Shown here in pieces: positions 41,423-54,000 of a DNA stretch of 64,000 bases; position 1 is the stretch's first letter, and each line of letters begins with the position of its first letter. The position numbers and the translations under genes were made by a program. Below the pieces are notes generated by a model. It worked only from the letters and a program-made list of their open reading frames with translations. It searched no databases and was not told the DNA's origin. The DNA comes from Ignavibacteriota bacterium (GTDB taxonomy: Bacteria; Bacteroidota; Ignavibacteria; UBA10030): assembly GCA_963727825.1 (NCBI GenBank), contig CAVSHO010000007.1, positions 160,001 to 224,000 of the forward strand. The letters run 5' to 3'.

Positions 41423-43831
41423 ATGCGAAGGACTTTGATTGGAATCGGTACAATATTTATTATTGTTTTACTCGTTGGAACATTAATTGGATATTTCCTC
41501 GTGACGCGATCTTTCCCGAAGGTTTCAGGAACAATAGATGTTAAAGGATTGGCGCAAGATGTGAAAGTTTATCGGGACGAATTTGGCGTTCCGCATGTTG
41601 TCGCGCAATCAGAATATGATGCATTCTTTACAGTTGGTTTTACGCATGCACAGGATCGGCTGTGGCAAATGGAATTGACGCGGCGTGTTGGTATGGGGCG
41701 TCTATCGGAAGTATTAGGAGAACCGGCGCTTCAGATTGATAAAATGTTCCACACTCTCGGTTTATGGCGCCATGCACAAAAAATTTCACAGTCGCTCGAT
41801 GATGATACACGTAAAGCATTGCAAGCATATGCAGATGGCGTGAATCAATTCATTGTAACACATGCCGGTAAATATCCTATTGAATTTGATATGTTGAAAA
41901 TCGAACCGGAGCCGTGGACGATCGAGCATTCGATCCTTGTCAGCCGATTGATGGCATGGGAATTGAATTACTCACGCTGGATAGATTTACTTCTTGCCGA
42001 ATTAGTCCAGAGATTTGGTGAAGCGAAGGCGAAAGAGATCTTCCCGTACTGGCCGGATAACGCCCCTTTTATTATTCCAAAAGAATTGAAAGGGAAAACA
42101 ATTGCTGAAGACCTTCGTCCGTTGTTTGAAGCGGAAGGAGCATGCCGCTCGCTTCTCGGAATTCGCGCTCTTGAGTCTGGCAGCAACGCGTGGGCAATCT
42201 CTGGTGCTAAGTCTGTTACCGGAAAGCCTATGCTTGCAAACGATCCACATCTTATACTGATGTCGCCGGCGCGGTGGTACGAACTTCACATCAGCGCACC
42301 GAACTTGGATGTTGCCGGAATGTCTATTCCTGGTGTGCCATTTATTGTGATGGGAAGAAATCAGCGCATTGCATGGGGTGTAACGAATGCAATGATGGAT
42401 GACGAAGACTTTTACATTGAAGAAGTTGATTCGCTTCAACATCCGACACGTTATCGATTTAACAACGAATGGCTGTCTATCACTGAAACTGTTGATACGA
42501 TTGTTGTGAAGGGATCACTGCCGGTTGCAATTTCTATATATAGTACGCACCGTGGACCAATTGTAAATAAAATAGAACCAACTGCCCAATCAGCATCATC
42601 GCTCATATCAATGCGATGGACTGGAAATGAAATATCAAATGAGGCCGGCGCTTTGTATCGAATTGATAAATCTGGTAACTGGCAGGAGTTTCAGGAAGCG
42701 TTAAAATTATTTGCTGTACCCGCACAGAATTTTGTGTACGCTGATGTCGATGGCAATATCGGATATCGAACGGGCGGCAAGCTTCCGATCCGAAAAACGA
42801 AGGGACCGACACTGCCGTTCCCCGGTTGGACAGATGAATACGATTGGAATGGATTTGTCCCGTTTGACCAGATGCCGTATGTCTTCAACCCGCCAGAAGG
42901 ATTTATAGCGACGGCAAACAACAAGATTGTCGATGATTCGTATCCTTATAACATCTCTAATCATTGGGAATCTCCGTGGCGGTCAATCCGGATAAGTGAA
43001 GTGCTGAATGAACAAGATAAATTTACGGTAGATGAAATCCAGCATCTACAGCTCGATCTTGTTTCCACGCATGCAATGGAAGTTGTGCCGTACATCCTTC
43101 ATGCATACGATAGCGTCATTGTTATTGATGAAGATGTGAAAACGGCACTGGAATATTTCCGGAATTGGAATTTCGAAATGCGGAAAGAAGATGTGAGTAC
43201 TACTCTATTCCAAGCAACAATCAACAAACTTATCTACAATGTTTTCCATGATAAAATGGGTGATCGACTTTACGGATTGTATGATACGCTGGCAAGCACG
43301 CCTTTGTCAGCATTGTCTCATTTATTGAAGAACCCTAACTCGGAGTGGTTCGATGATCTTAACACACCTCCGCGTGAAACACGGGATGATCTTATACGCA
43401 AGAGTGTAAGCGACGCACTTGTTATGTTAAAAAACCAACTCGGCGGCAATCTCAAAGAATGGCAATGGGGAAGACTGCACACGGTAACATTCGGACATGT
43501 TTTTGGTGCGAACAAATTACTTTCTGGATTCTTCAATATTGGACCATTCCCGATAGGTGGTTCGCATTCTACAATTAATGTTGGGCAGTATTTCATTGCT
43601 CATTCTTTTAAAAGTGCCGTTGGACCGTCAATGCGGCAAGTATTTAATCTCGCTGACATCAATGATACGCGAAGTGTTTTACCGCCGGGTCAATCGGGGC
43701 AAGTGTTTTCCAGCCACTACAAAGATCAAGTAACACTCTGGCTCAATGGCGCTTATAAAACGCGTCCGATGCAGCAGTCGATTATTGAATCAACATGCCG
43801 AGATGTTCTTACGCTAAGGCCAATGAGATGA
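41423..43831 (+). CDS. Penicillin acylase family (S45) Ntn-hydrolase
   Basis: HAQDRLWQM, GSNAWA, ANDPHL, PGQSG. Confidence 0.93.
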   Translation: MRRTLIGIGTIFIIVLLVGTLIGYFLVTRSFPKVSGTIDVKGLAQDVKVYRDEFGVPHVVAQSEYDAFFTVGFTHAQDRLWQMELTRRVGMGRLSEVLGEPALQIDKMFHTLGLWRHAQKISQSLDDDTRKALQAYADGVNQFIVTHAGKYPIEFDMLKIEPEPWTIEHSILVSRLMAWELNYSRWIDLLLAELVQRFGEAKAKEIFPYWPDNAPFIIPKELKGKTIAEDLRPLFEAEGACRSLLGIRALESGSNAWAISGAKSVTGKPMLANDPHLILMSPARWYELHISAPNLDVAGMSIPGVPFIVMGRNQRIAWGVTNAMMDDEDFYIEEVDSLQHPTRYRFNNEWLSITETVDTIVVKGSLPVAISIYSTHRGPIVNKIEPTAQSASSLISMRWTGNEISNEAGALYRIDKSGNWQEFQEALKLFAVPAQNFVYADVDGNIGYRTGGKLPIRKTKGPTLPFPGWTDEYDWNGFVPFDQMPYVFNPPEGFIATANNKIVDDSYPYNISNHWESPWRSIRISEVLNEQDKFTVDEIQHLQLDLVSTHAMEVVPYILHAYDSVIVIDEDVKTALEYFRNWNFEMRKEDVSTTLFQATINKLIYNVFHDKMGDRLYGLYDTLASTPLSALSHLLKNPNSEWFDDLNTPPRETRDDLIRKSVSDALVMLKNQLGGNLKEWQWGRLHTVTFGHVFGANKLLSGFFNIGPFPIGGSHSTINVGQYFIAHSFKSAVGPSMRQVFNLADINDTRSVLPPGQSGQVFSSHYKDQVTLWLNGAYKTRPMQQSIIESTCRDVLTLRPMR

Positions 43832-44571
43832 ATATATCCGAAAAGCTTCGTTTGTTGCTTCAAAACACAGATTCAATTTGTGTGCTGACAGGGGCGGGCA
43901 TTTCAGCAGAAAGTGGAGTAGAAACTTTCCGCGGTTCCAATGGATTATGGTCGAAGCTAAAACCGGAAGAGCTGGCTAACTTCAATGCATTTATGCGTAA
44001 TCCGGAGTTGGTATGGGAATGGTACAATTATAGAAAAAAAATTATTCACGATGTGAAACCCAACCCTGCACATTTCGCTCTTGCGCGCATGCAGGAATTG
44101 GTAAAAGATTTCACATTAATTACGCAGAACATCGACAATCTACACGTACGTGCTGGCAGCAAAGCTGTGTTAGAACTCCATGGAAACATAGAGCGCAGCT
44201 ATTGTATTAATTGTGGAAAATTTGCTTCCAACGTCGAAGTTTCATTTGAAAACAAAGTGCCGCACTGTCAATCCTGTAATGGAATCATTCGTCCAGACAT
44301 TGTATGGTTTGGCGAAATGCTGCCGGAAGGAGTCTTTGAATCAGCGACAGAAGCAGCGAACCGGTGTGAATTATTTCTAACTGTCGGTACATCGGCAGTT
44401 GTATATCCTGCCGCAAATCTACCTTTAATAGCACGGAAGCAGGGTGCATATGTTGTAGAAATTAATATGGAGCGAACGGAAATATCGCATAACGTTAATG
44501 AGACAATACTTGGAAAAGCAGGCGAAGCACTGCCGCGTCTTGTGAAGATTAGAGAAGAAATAAGAGGATAG
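43828..44571 (+). CDS. cobB: NAD-dependent protein deacylase (sirtuin)
   Basis: GAGISAESG, TQNID, HG, two CxxC, GTS. Confidence 0.92.
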   Translation: MNISEKLRLLLQNTDSICVLTGAGISAESGVETFRGSNGLWSKLKPEELANFNAFMRNPELVWEWYNYRKKIIHDVKPNPAHFALARMQELVKDFTLITQNIDNLHVRAGSKAVLELHGNIERSYCINCGKFASNVEVSFENKVPHCQSCNGIIRPDIVWFGEMLPEGVFESATEAANRCELFLTVGTSAVVYPAANLPLIARKQGAYVVEINMERTEISHNVNETILGKAGEALPRLVKIREEIRG

Positions 44572-44575
44572 AACT

Positions 44576-46015
44576 ATGAGAAGTAAAAGAACAGTTGCCA
44601 AGACAAAAATTATTTGCACACTCGGCCCTGCTTCGCAAAGTGTTGAACAATTGGTGGAATTAATTCAAGCAGGTATGGATGTCGCACGATTGAATTTTTC
44701 GCATGGAACGCATGAGGATCATCTAGCGGCGATAAAAAATGTACGAGAGGCAAGTAAACTCACTGGAGAGCACATTGGCATTTTACAGGATTTATGCGGG
44801 CCAAAGATTCGTACCGGTAAGTTGCAGAATAAATCTGTAGAGTTGAAAGAAGGGGCAATGTTCGTATTCACTATCGATGAAATTGAGGGAGATGAACATC
44901 GGGTTACTACGACATATCGCGAATTACCGGACGATGTGAAAGCAGGAGATATAATTTTATTGGATGATGGCAAGATGGCATTGCGCGTAGTAATGAAGAC
45001 AGCAAAGGATGTTGAATGCACGGTGGTGAACGGCGGCATTCTGAAAGAAAATAAAGGAATGAATCTTCCTGGTATCAGGTTAAGCACGCCATCACTAACA
45101 GATAAAGATATCGAAGATTTAAAGTTCGGTCTTGCACATGACGTAGATTATGTGGCACTATCGTTTGTGCGTTCCGCAGGAGATATTCGAAATCTTCGAT
45201 CTGTTATTCAACAGCAGACGAAATTACGTGTTCCAATTGTAGCAAAGATCGAAATGAAAGAGGCGATCGATTTCATTGATTCCATCGTGACGGAAACTGA
45301 TGCAGTTATGGTAGCGCGCGGCGATCTCGGAGTTGAGATGTTGCCCGAAGATGTACCAATCCTACAGAAAATGATTGTGCGAAAGTGTAATGAAGCTGGT
45401 GTCCCAGTGATTATTGCAACGCAAATGCTTGAATCGATGATAGAAAATCCACGACCCACGCGTGCCGAGGCAAGCGATGTCGCGAACGCCGTGCTTGATG
45501 GCGCAGATGCTGTAATGCTAAGCGCAGAAACATCGATTGGGAAATTTCCAGTAGAGACTGTGCAAACGATGGATCGTATCATCTGCCGCGCCGAAATTCG
45601 CAGGCACGATCACCTAAGTATCAAACAAATTCCGGCGGAAACTCAGGAAAATGTGTTCGATGCAATCGCCCGTGCAGCTTGTGTTTTGGCTCGCCAGGTA
45701 AATGCTACAGCAATCGTACCAATCACACATTCAGGTGGGACAGCATTACGAATCAGCAAGTATCGCCCTGAATCGCGAATTATAGCTGTAACAAGTGATG
45801 AAAGAGTTCTCCGCAGTTTGAACCTCGTATGGTCTGTTCGTGGTATCACCATCAAAGATTTCATTCATGATAATGATACGGCATTCCGCAAGATTATTGA
45901 ACACCTCAAACAACAAGGATATGTTGAACGGGGGGACTTTGTTGTTTTTACCGCTGGATTACCATTCTTGGCAATGGGAACCACGGATACCGTTAATGTG
46001 CAGCGCGTGGAATAA
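44576..46015 (+). CDS. pyk: Pyruvate kinase
   Basis: RLNFSHG, MVARGDLGVE, ATQMLESM. Confidence 0.98.
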   Translation: MRSKRTVAKTKIICTLGPASQSVEQLVELIQAGMDVARLNFSHGTHEDHLAAIKNVREASKLTGEHIGILQDLCGPKIRTGKLQNKSVELKEGAMFVFTIDEIEGDEHRVTTTYRELPDDVKAGDIILLDDGKMALRVVMKTAKDVECTVVNGGILKENKGMNLPGIRLSTPSLTDKDIEDLKFGLAHDVDYVALSFVRSAGDIRNLRSVIQQQTKLRVPIVAKIEMKEAIDFIDSIVTETDAVMVARGDLGVEMLPEDVPILQKMIVRKCNEAGVPVIIATQMLESMIENPRPTRAEASDVANAVLDGADAVMLSAETSIGKFPVETVQTMDRIICRAEIRRHDHLSIKQIPAETQENVFDAIARAACVLARQVNATAIVPITHSGGTALRISKYRPESRIIAVTSDERVLRSLNLVWSVRGITIKDFIHDNDTAFRKIIEHLKQQGYVERGDFVVFTAGLPFLAMGTTDTVNVQRVE

Positions 46016-46192
46016 ATGAGATGAGAGTCCGGAAAAATGCCGAATGTTTGTATAATTATGCTTTTATCGAAAAATCGGTTGTTGCGTCAATGGTACTTCT
46101 TTCATACATTTCTTTTAAAGAAAATACTCTGTCCAAAGAACTATGATGCATATGACAGTGTATGATTGCTGCTCATAAAAAACGAGCAACAA

Positions 46193-47100
46193 ATGGCAAT
46201 TACAGACCATCTCTGGGGAATCGTTCTAGCCGGTGGAGAAGGGAAACGGCTGCAGGAATTTATCCGCAAGCGGTATGGTGTTGAGCGTCCCAAACAATAC
46301 TCTGCAATAATCGGCAAGCGGATCCATGCTTCGCCACACACTTGATCGTGTGGAAAGAATTATTCCTCCAAAACAACTTCAAATTGTTGTTGCCCGCAAA
46401 CATCGCAAGATATCTTCCTGAAGTATTGAAAGAACGCGAGAAAAAAGCTGTTCTCTTTACACCAGAAAATCGCGAATCGGCGGCAAGCATCTATCTTGCA
46501 TTGTCTCATATTTATGTTCGCGATCCTGAAGCCATAATTGCACTATTTCCATCGGATCATTTCATTGGAGAAGAAGAGCGCTTTCTCCAGTATGTCGAAT
46601 TAGCGATTTCTTTCAATCAGGAACATCCGGATTATGTCGTTCTATTAGGAATTAAACCTACCGAAGCTGTCCCGGACTATGGGTGGATTGAGCCGAGTAA
46701 AAATTTCTTGCATTATAAAGGCAATCGTTTTTATAGAGTCGTCAGTTTTAATGAAAAACCAGATATTGAAAACGCACAGCAATATTTTAACAAAGGGTGG
46801 TTATGGAACTCGTTGGTGCTTGCAGCAAAGTGCGAGACACTAGTCAAAATGTACCGGCAGCATTTGGAAAGTATTTATAACGCATTCAAGAAAGCAAATA
46901 TAACTTATGGCACTGATAGTGAAGAAGGTTTTATTGCTAAAGCCTTTGCTGATATCCCCTCTAAAAATTTCTCAAAATCCCTTCTGGAAGAAATTCCTGA
47001 TAGCCTTTTTGTTTTACGCGTAGAAGGAATCCTTTGGAGCGATTGGGGAACAAAAGAACAGGTTTTAAAAGACCTCGATAGACTCGGTGTGGCTCATTAA
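46193..47100 (+). CDS. Mannose-1-phosphate guanylyltransferase-like nucleotidyltransferase (two frameshifts)
   Basis: VLAGGEGKRL...PKQY from the ATG at 46193; PSDH, YGWI, FNEKP, WSDWG. Confidence 0.8.
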
Positions 47101-47258
47101 AAAAAAACTATCGACGTGAAGCAAATATACATTCGTTAGAAATAAGTCCATCCTAAGCTACAATTCTTTATATCGTCAACAACGTTAAATAAATGTGTTG
47201 CATAGCCTATCTGTAGTTTTTGAACGCGAAGTAATTGTTTCGTATCTTAAGAAAAGAA

Positions 47259-48368
47259 ATGAAAGCCGACAATAAAAATATTACTGTAGCGGTTGGCATG
47301 AGTGGAGGTGTTGATTCCTCTGTTGCTGCCGCACTGTTGATGAAAGAGGGTTACAACGTCATTGGTATTACGATGAAGACGTACGATTATGTGGAAGTCG
47401 GTGGTTCTAGCCCAAATGAGAGCAGTTGCTGTGATCTAAAAGCTGTAATGGATGCTCATACCGTTGCAGAAAAGTTAGGTTTTCCGCATTACGTTATCAA
47501 CTTACGCGAAGAGTTTGGGATTGCAGTCGTAAATGATTTTGTAGGAGAATATTTGAAAGGGCGAACGCCAAATCCCTGTGTCATCTGTAATCGGAAGATT
47601 AAATTTGGCGTGCTATTGGAAAAGGCGCAAGAACTTGGGGCGCAGTATATCGCAACCGGGCATTATGCTCGTGTTCGTTTTGACAAGCAGCGTAAAAGGT
47701 TTATTCTTTCGCGCGGCAAGTATGCTGAGAAAGACCAATCGTATGCACTCTGGGCGGTAACACAAGAAGCACTTAGCAAGACAATGTTTCCTCTCGGTGA
47801 AATGACAAAGCCTGAAGTACGGGCACTGGCAGAACAGTATGAACTGCTCAATGCACGAAAACACGAAAGTTACGAAATATGTTTCATTCCCGATGATAAT
47901 TATGAAAGGTTTTTGAAAGAACGTATTCCCGGTTTGCAGGAGCAAGTTTCAGGTGGCGATATTATACAGGATGGAAATGTCGTCGGTAAACACATCGGAT
48001 ATCCTTTTTATACTATTGGTCAACGCCACAACATCGGAGCTTACGGTCAGAAAATGTATGTAACTGAAATCGACAACAAGACAAATACAATTAAAATTGG
48101 TACGAATGATGAACTTTATCATCACACTCTCATAGCGGGTCAAGTAAACTGGAGTGGATTAGCAGTATTGGATAAAGATCTGCGTGTGCAGGCGAAAGTG
48201 CGATATAAAGATAAAGGAACTGATGCACTTGTTTCTATAGAAGAAAATGGAAATATTAAAGTCATATTCGATCAGCCAAAACGCGCAATCACTCCAGGAC
48301 AATCAGTCGTAATATATGATGGAGACGATGTTTTATGCGGTGGTATAATAGAACAAGTTTTAGATTGA
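47259..48368 (+). CDS. mnmA: tRNA 2-thiouridylase
   Basis: SGGVDS, PNPCVICN, ATGHY, KDQSY, TPGQ. Confidence 0.98.
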   Translation: MKADNKNITVAVGMSGGVDSSVAAALLMKEGYNVIGITMKTYDYVEVGGSSPNESSCCDLKAVMDAHTVAEKLGFPHYVINLREEFGIAVVNDFVGEYLKGRTPNPCVICNRKIKFGVLLEKAQELGAQYIATGHYARVRFDKQRKRFILSRGKYAEKDQSYALWAVTQEALSKTMFPLGEMTKPEVRALAEQYELLNARKHESYEICFIPDDNYERFLKERIPGLQEQVSGGDIIQDGNVVGKHIGYPFYTIGQRHNIGAYGQKMYVTEIDNKTNTIKIGTNDELYHHTLIAGQVNWSGLAVLDKDLRVQAKVRYKDKGTDALVSIEENGNIKVIFDQPKRAITPGQSVVIYDGDDVLCGGIIEQVLD

Positions 48369-48506
48369 TTATATCGGAATAAAGATATTTGCAGCATATT
48401 TTGAATGAATAATAAATTTATTATATAATCACAATAAATGTTTCTTCGATTATCTTATCATTTTCATAACTTTGTTTCGACAAAACCGGCAACAATCATC
48501 AGCAAC

Positions 48507-48533
48507 GGAAACAAATTGAAACACCGGACGTTT
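48507..48533 (+). promoter_or_regulatory. Possible autoregulatory ECF sigma promoter
   Basis: GGAAAC-N16-CGTT directly upstream of the ECF sigma gene, similar to the SigW/SigM-type TGAAAC-N16-CGT. Confidence 0.45.
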
Positions 48534-48552
48534 ATTAGGAAACTGAAACGAC

Positions 48553-49125
48553 GTGACTGACGATTTCTCACTTATTAAAGCGATTCAGGAAGGTGACCAT
48601 CAAGCATTTGAGTCGCTTGTCCGCCGCTATCAGCGTCAGGTGGCAAACCTGATATATGTAACTATGGGCAGCAGTGACAGTGTGGAAGACATTGCACAGG
48701 AAGTGTTTATTCGCGTGTATCGGTCATTGCCCCGATTTAAGTTCGATGCATCGTTTTTTTCATGGATTTATCGGATTACGATGAATCTATGCATCGATGA
48801 AATTAGAAAACGTAAGATCAGGAAAGTTTTATCGTTGGATTTCTTAACGGAAGATGCATTGGAAAAAAGCCGAAAGAACAAAGATCATATGATGCCCTCT
48901 GATTCGATATTAACAGATGAAAGACGTCAGATGGTTCAATCGGCACTTCAACGGTTAAAACCAGAACATAGAGATATACTTGTGTTACGCGAATATAAAG
49001 ACTTAGGATATAGTGAAATTGCCGATGCACTTGATATTAGTTTGGAAGCTGTGAAATCGCGTATCTTTCGTGCACGATCAGAGCTCAAAAATCTCTTAAG
49101 TGAATATTTTGAGGAAAGAACATGA
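48553..49125 (+). CDS. ECF sigma-70 factor
   Basis: EDIAQEVF, WIYRI, YSEIA...VKSRIFRAR. Confidence 0.95.
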   Translation: MTDDFSLIKAIQEGDHQAFESLVRRYQRQVANLIYVTMGSSDSVEDIAQEVFIRVYRSLPRFKFDASFFSWIYRITMNLCIDEIRKRKIRKVLSLDFLTEDALEKSRKNKDHMMPSDSILTDERRQMVQSALQRLKPEHRDILVLREYKDLGYSEIADALDISLEAVKSRIFRARSELKNLLSEYFEERT

Positions 49126-49577
49126 ACCACAAAAAGATACAAATACTTGTGTCATCCTATTTGGATGATGAAGTCAACGATAGCGAAAAAGCTGAGGTGC
49201 TTTCACACCTCGAATTATGTTCGGAATGCCGTCAATTTATTGAGCATGCAAAACTCATGAAAGAAGAAATTAGTGCACTTGGTGAAGTAAAGCTTGCAAA
49301 TTCTTTTACAGCACAAGTGGCATATTCAGTAGAGGAACGAGATGAACAGAGTATGGAATGGCTTGGTATAGAACCATCAGCACGAAATACATTTTTCTTG
49401 CTTGCGGGTTTTGTCCTTGTAATAATCTTTCTCACGAGTTTCAACAACAACACTGTCTCAGCAATGAATGATCAACTATTAAATAGAATCACGTCGGATT
49501 CTATTTCGACACGTGTATTACTTCAACAAGAAAATCTCTCAAAGAATGATGTGTTGTATGCAGTGATGGTCAAATAG
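49122..49577 (+). CDS. Zinc-binding anti-sigma factor
   Basis: HLELCSEC (HxxxCxxC) plus a TM. Confidence 0.88.
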   Translation: MNHKKIQILVSSYLDDEVNDSEKAEVLSHLELCSECRQFIEHAKLMKEEISALGEVKLANSFTAQVAYSVEERDEQSMEWLGIEPSARNTFFLLAGFVLVIIFLTSFNNNTVSAMNDQLLNRITSDSISTRVLLQQENLSKNDVLYAVMVK

Positions 49578-49593
49578 GTGTAAGAGGTGAGTT

Positions 49594-49959
49594 ATGAAAC
49601 CAAAGACAAAAACAATCCTATTCATTATATTCAGCTTTATCCTTGGAGTTCTTTGCGGATGGTTTGTTCAGGATCGCTTTTTCCTAATGGCAAGTCATAA
49701 ACCGCCAGATTTCCAAAAAATGTTAACGGAGCGACTGCACCTCGATAACCATCAAGTTGTACAATTAGATTCGGTTCTGGAGGTGCGAAAGAAGCAGGTG
49801 GATATTCAATGGAATCAAATGCTTGCGGTACGGGATACAATACGAATGGAAATCCGTAAAATATTAAATGCAGATCAAACGAAAATATTTGATGAAATTC
49901 TCCAGGCAAAGGATGCACGCGAAGCAAAAATACGGGAACGTGATTCATCAAAAAAATAA
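49594..49959 (+). CDS. Spy/CpxP-like periplasmic protein
   Basis: TM, LHLDNHQ, ILNADQ; context. Confidence 0.65.
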   Translation: MKPKTKTILFIIFSFILGVLCGWFVQDRFFLMASHKPPDFQKMLTERLHLDNHQVVQLDSVLEVRKKQVDIQWNQMLAVRDTIRMEIRKILNADQTKIFDEILQAKDAREAKIRERDSSKK

Positions 49960-51036
49960 TGTTTAGGAAGTTATCAATGATCATTGGCAAAAAAAAGAAA
50001 TATTTTATTGGCGGTGGAATAATCCTTGGCCTTCTTCTCGTTGTGGGTCTACGAATTACCTTGACATCATCTGCAGACGACCCGCGGCGGTTGGGTACAG
50101 CGCTTGTTAAAATTCAAAAACCATTTAAAGAAACGATGAGAACAGTATTTACATATACTGGCGATGTTGTTCCTATGCAGCAGGCGACTATCTATTCCAA
50201 AGTAAACGGAAATTTGGAACGCAATTATGTCGAAATGGGATCCTACGTTCATAGCAATCAAATGTTGGCATTGATCGATACAACGGAATTATTCCAGCTA
50301 TATCAGCAGACAAACGCAACGTACGAAAATGCGTCTTTGTTATTTGAACGCACAAAGCAGCTTTTTGAAAAAAAACTTGCGGCACAGCAAGACGTGGATA
50401 ATGCCGAAGCGACAATGAAAGTCGCAAAAGCAAATTACGATGCCGCTGCAACGCATCTTAGTTATGCACACATTGTTGCCCCATTTAACGGTTTTGTTAC
50501 AAGAAGATTTCTAGATGCCGGTGCGTTAGTTAACGCAAGCACCTCTACCTTATTCACAATGATGTACTTGGACAGCGTGAAGATTATCGTCTACGTGCCG
50601 GAAAAAGATTTATCGAAAATGTATCATGTGCGGATAGCAAAAGTAATACTTGATGCACTGCCGAATCAGGAATTTACTGGATACGTTAGCCGATTTCAGC
50701 GAAGCCGTCGATTTGACAACACGCACGATGCCGATTGAAGTGGACATCCCCAACCATTCTCGCATCATTAAACCCGGTATGTTTGCAACTATCTCATTTA
50801 TTGTAAGTGAACGGGAAAATGCCGTCACATTGTCGTCGGATGCATTATTGAAAGATGATGACGGATATTTTGTCTTCATTTCGGATGCAAAAAAAGCACA
50901 TAAAGTTCGCATTAACATCGGCAACGAAACTAATTCGCACACCGAGATTCTCTCGGGTTTAAATGGCGATGAAGATGTTATCACAACGGGCCAGCAATTT
51001 GTTAAAGAAGGCACGGCTCTTAATATTCAAAAGTAA
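49959..51036 (+). CDS. RND efflux membrane-fusion protein (frameshift near 50690)
   Basis: IVAPFNG, TRT, IKPGMF. Confidence 0.9.
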
Positions 51037-51051
51037 AACGGTTTATTACCT

Positions 51052-54000
51052 ATGTGGATTACCAGACTTGCTCTTCGCTATCCAATCTCTACGTTTCTTT
51101 TTGCACTCACCATTGTTTTATTAGGATTTGTCTCATTCTCGCAGCTCCCCATCGATATGCTGCCGAATATTACAATTCCGGTAGTTACCACCGTAACGTA
51201 TTATACCGGTGCCAGCCCTCTCGATATGGAGCAGAGCGTAACACGCCTCATTGAGCGAAGTGTCAGTTCTATTAACGATGTGAGTTACGTAAAGTCTTCA
51301 ACACGTGAGGGAATTTCAGCAGTACAGGTATATTTCAATTGGGATGCCAACACCGATGTTGGGCTTGTGGATTGTGTACAACGTGTCAATCGAGTGTTGA
51401 GCCAGCTTCCCACCGGTATCTCGCAGCCTTCTGTGTTGCGATTCGACATTACGAGCCTTCCGGTATGCGTAGTTGCGGTTGAAGGTGATATGGATCAGCG
51501 GGATCTCTATGATCTGGCGTTCAATATTATTGAACCGCAGATCGAGCATATCGACGGTGTTGCTTCAGCAACTGTTTCAGGCGGAAGAATTCGGGAAATT
51601 CATGTCACGCTCGACAGGAATAGAATTCAGGCAATGAATATTCCTGTACAAACCGTTTTAAACGTTGTTGCCAATTCGAACCTCATCATCCCATCGGGTG
51701 ATCTTAAAACAGGCCCGTTTGATTACACCTTAAAGACGGAAAGCCTATTTAATGTCGTTAAGCCGATGGAAAATGTCGTAGTAACTACGGTCAATGGTGT
51801 TCCTATACGGCTGAAAGACATCGGTTCTGTTGAAGACAGTTATCAAGAACAAACAGAAATTGTCCGTGTCAACAGCAAACCCGGCGTCATAATGCGTGTT
51901 TTGAAGCTTTCAAGCGCAAATACAGTTCAAGTGGTCGATAATGTAGTGCGCGGTATTCCGACGTTAACAGGTATTCCCTCTGCAGTAAAAATGACAGTCA
52001 CATTCGATCAGTCTGTTTATATACGACAAACAATTTCCGGATTGCAGAGAGAAGCGATGCTTGGCGGTATTCTTGCAATGTTGATCATCATCCTTTTCTT
52101 GCGCAATATTCGCGGCACGTTAATTATCCTTGTTGCTATTCCGCTTTCCATTCTCATTACATTTATTTTATTCCGGTTTGGTAATATTACACTCAATATT
52201 ATGACCTTTGGTGGATTGGCACTTGCGGTTGGAAGGCTTGTCGATGATTCCATCGTCGAGTTAGAAGCAATCTCTCGTCACTATAATATGCGGAAGAAAG
52301 GTCAATCCCGTCTTGATGCAACATTAGATGCTGCAAAGGAAGTGGCTGCGCCGATATTTATTTCCACTCTCACAACGGTTATTGTCTTTTTACCAATCGT
52401 CTTTCTAAGTGGAATTGCAAAGCTTCTTTTTGTTCCCCTTACAATTACGATTGCTGTTGCATTGTTCGGATCATTCTTTGTCTCGAGAACAGTTACTCCG
52501 TTGATGTGCTTGAATTATCTCCCGCCGGAAAAAGAATTAGACAGGGTATCGACAAAATTTTCAGATCGAACGAGAGTTTATTTTCACGATATGCTAGAGA
52601 GTATTGAATCGTTCTATGAAACTTGCCTTCGCTGGACGATGAAGCATCGGAAAACAGTTGTTATTAGCATTGTTCTCTTCTCGGCATTGTCGCTCGGACT
52701 TTTCATGTTCATCGGAACAGAATTTTTCCCGGATCAGGATGAAAGCAGATTTACTGTATCCTTTAAACTACCTGTCGGTTCTCGTTATGAAGAAACGGAT
52801 TCAATAGCGCGACAAATGGAAAAAATCATTTCTTCGTCAGTTCCTGAAACACAGGTTCTCATTACAGATGTTGGTATTACCACCAATGCAAAAGCAAGTT
52901 CAGGCATCGGAGGTGGAGGTAATTCTGGCACCCATGCAGGAAATATTTCGGTTGGACTTGTGCCATCAGAAAATCGAAACCGTTCGGTGTTTGAAATTGC
53001 CGCAGATGTGCGACGTAGGTTAGCAAAACTGCCGGGTGTTCAGGTGTTTTTGAATCCCGGTGGAATATTGCGTTATCTGCTGAATTTCGGTTCATCCGCT
53101 CCCATTGATGTTGAAATACGCGGGTTTGATCTTGAGACCGGAAATGCACTCGGTAAGGAAATTGCACAAATTGTCCGATCAACTCCGGGTGCGGCGGATG
53201 TGCAGATCTCTCGCGATGATAACTTGCCTGAACTTCATATCAATATCGACCGCGACAAAGCTGGTGTGTTAGGAATTGATGTTGCAGGCATTTCAAATAC
53301 TATCTATACATGTATGGCTGGCTATGTTGCATCGTTGTACACAGATCCGGTATCTGGCAACCAGTATAATATTCTTGTACGGCTTAATCAGAATTATAGA
53401 AACCAGATCGAAGACTTAAAACAATTAACCATCACAACGGCAAATGGACAGCAAGTACTGCTGGGAAATATTGCAACGATCGAAAAACGCAGCGGCCCGG
53501 TACAGATTGATAGAAAATATCAGCAGCGCCTTGTTGAAGTGACAGCAAATGCCGTGGGACGAGATTTGGGAAGCGTTTCGAAGGATATTCAAGACAAACT
53601 CGATAAATTGAATGTGCCGCCGGGATTTGAAATCAAACAAACGGGCAACGTTGAACAGCAGAAAAAAACATTTAGTGATTTAAGTATGGCATTTCTGCTT
53701 GCCATTATATTAGTATACGTCGTTATGGCATCACAATTTCAATCATTCATCGATCCGTTCATCATTATGTTCACAGTTCCACTGGGCATTGCCGGCGTTT
53801 TATGGATGTTGTTCCTTACGCATACAACACTTTCGGTCACGTCGTTTCAAGGAGTGATAGTAATGGTGGGTATTGTTGTCAGCAACGGAATTCTGTTAGT
53901 GGATTATACGAATCACTTGCGCATAAGCGGTCTTGAATTGCACGAAGCGGTTATACGCGGTGGCAAAACGCGTTTAAAACCAATCCTTATGACATCACTG

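Noticed and set aside
43828-44571. Sirtuin as an anti-phage Sir2 effector
   Set aside because: Canonical zinc-binding CobB-type deacylase in a housekeeping context
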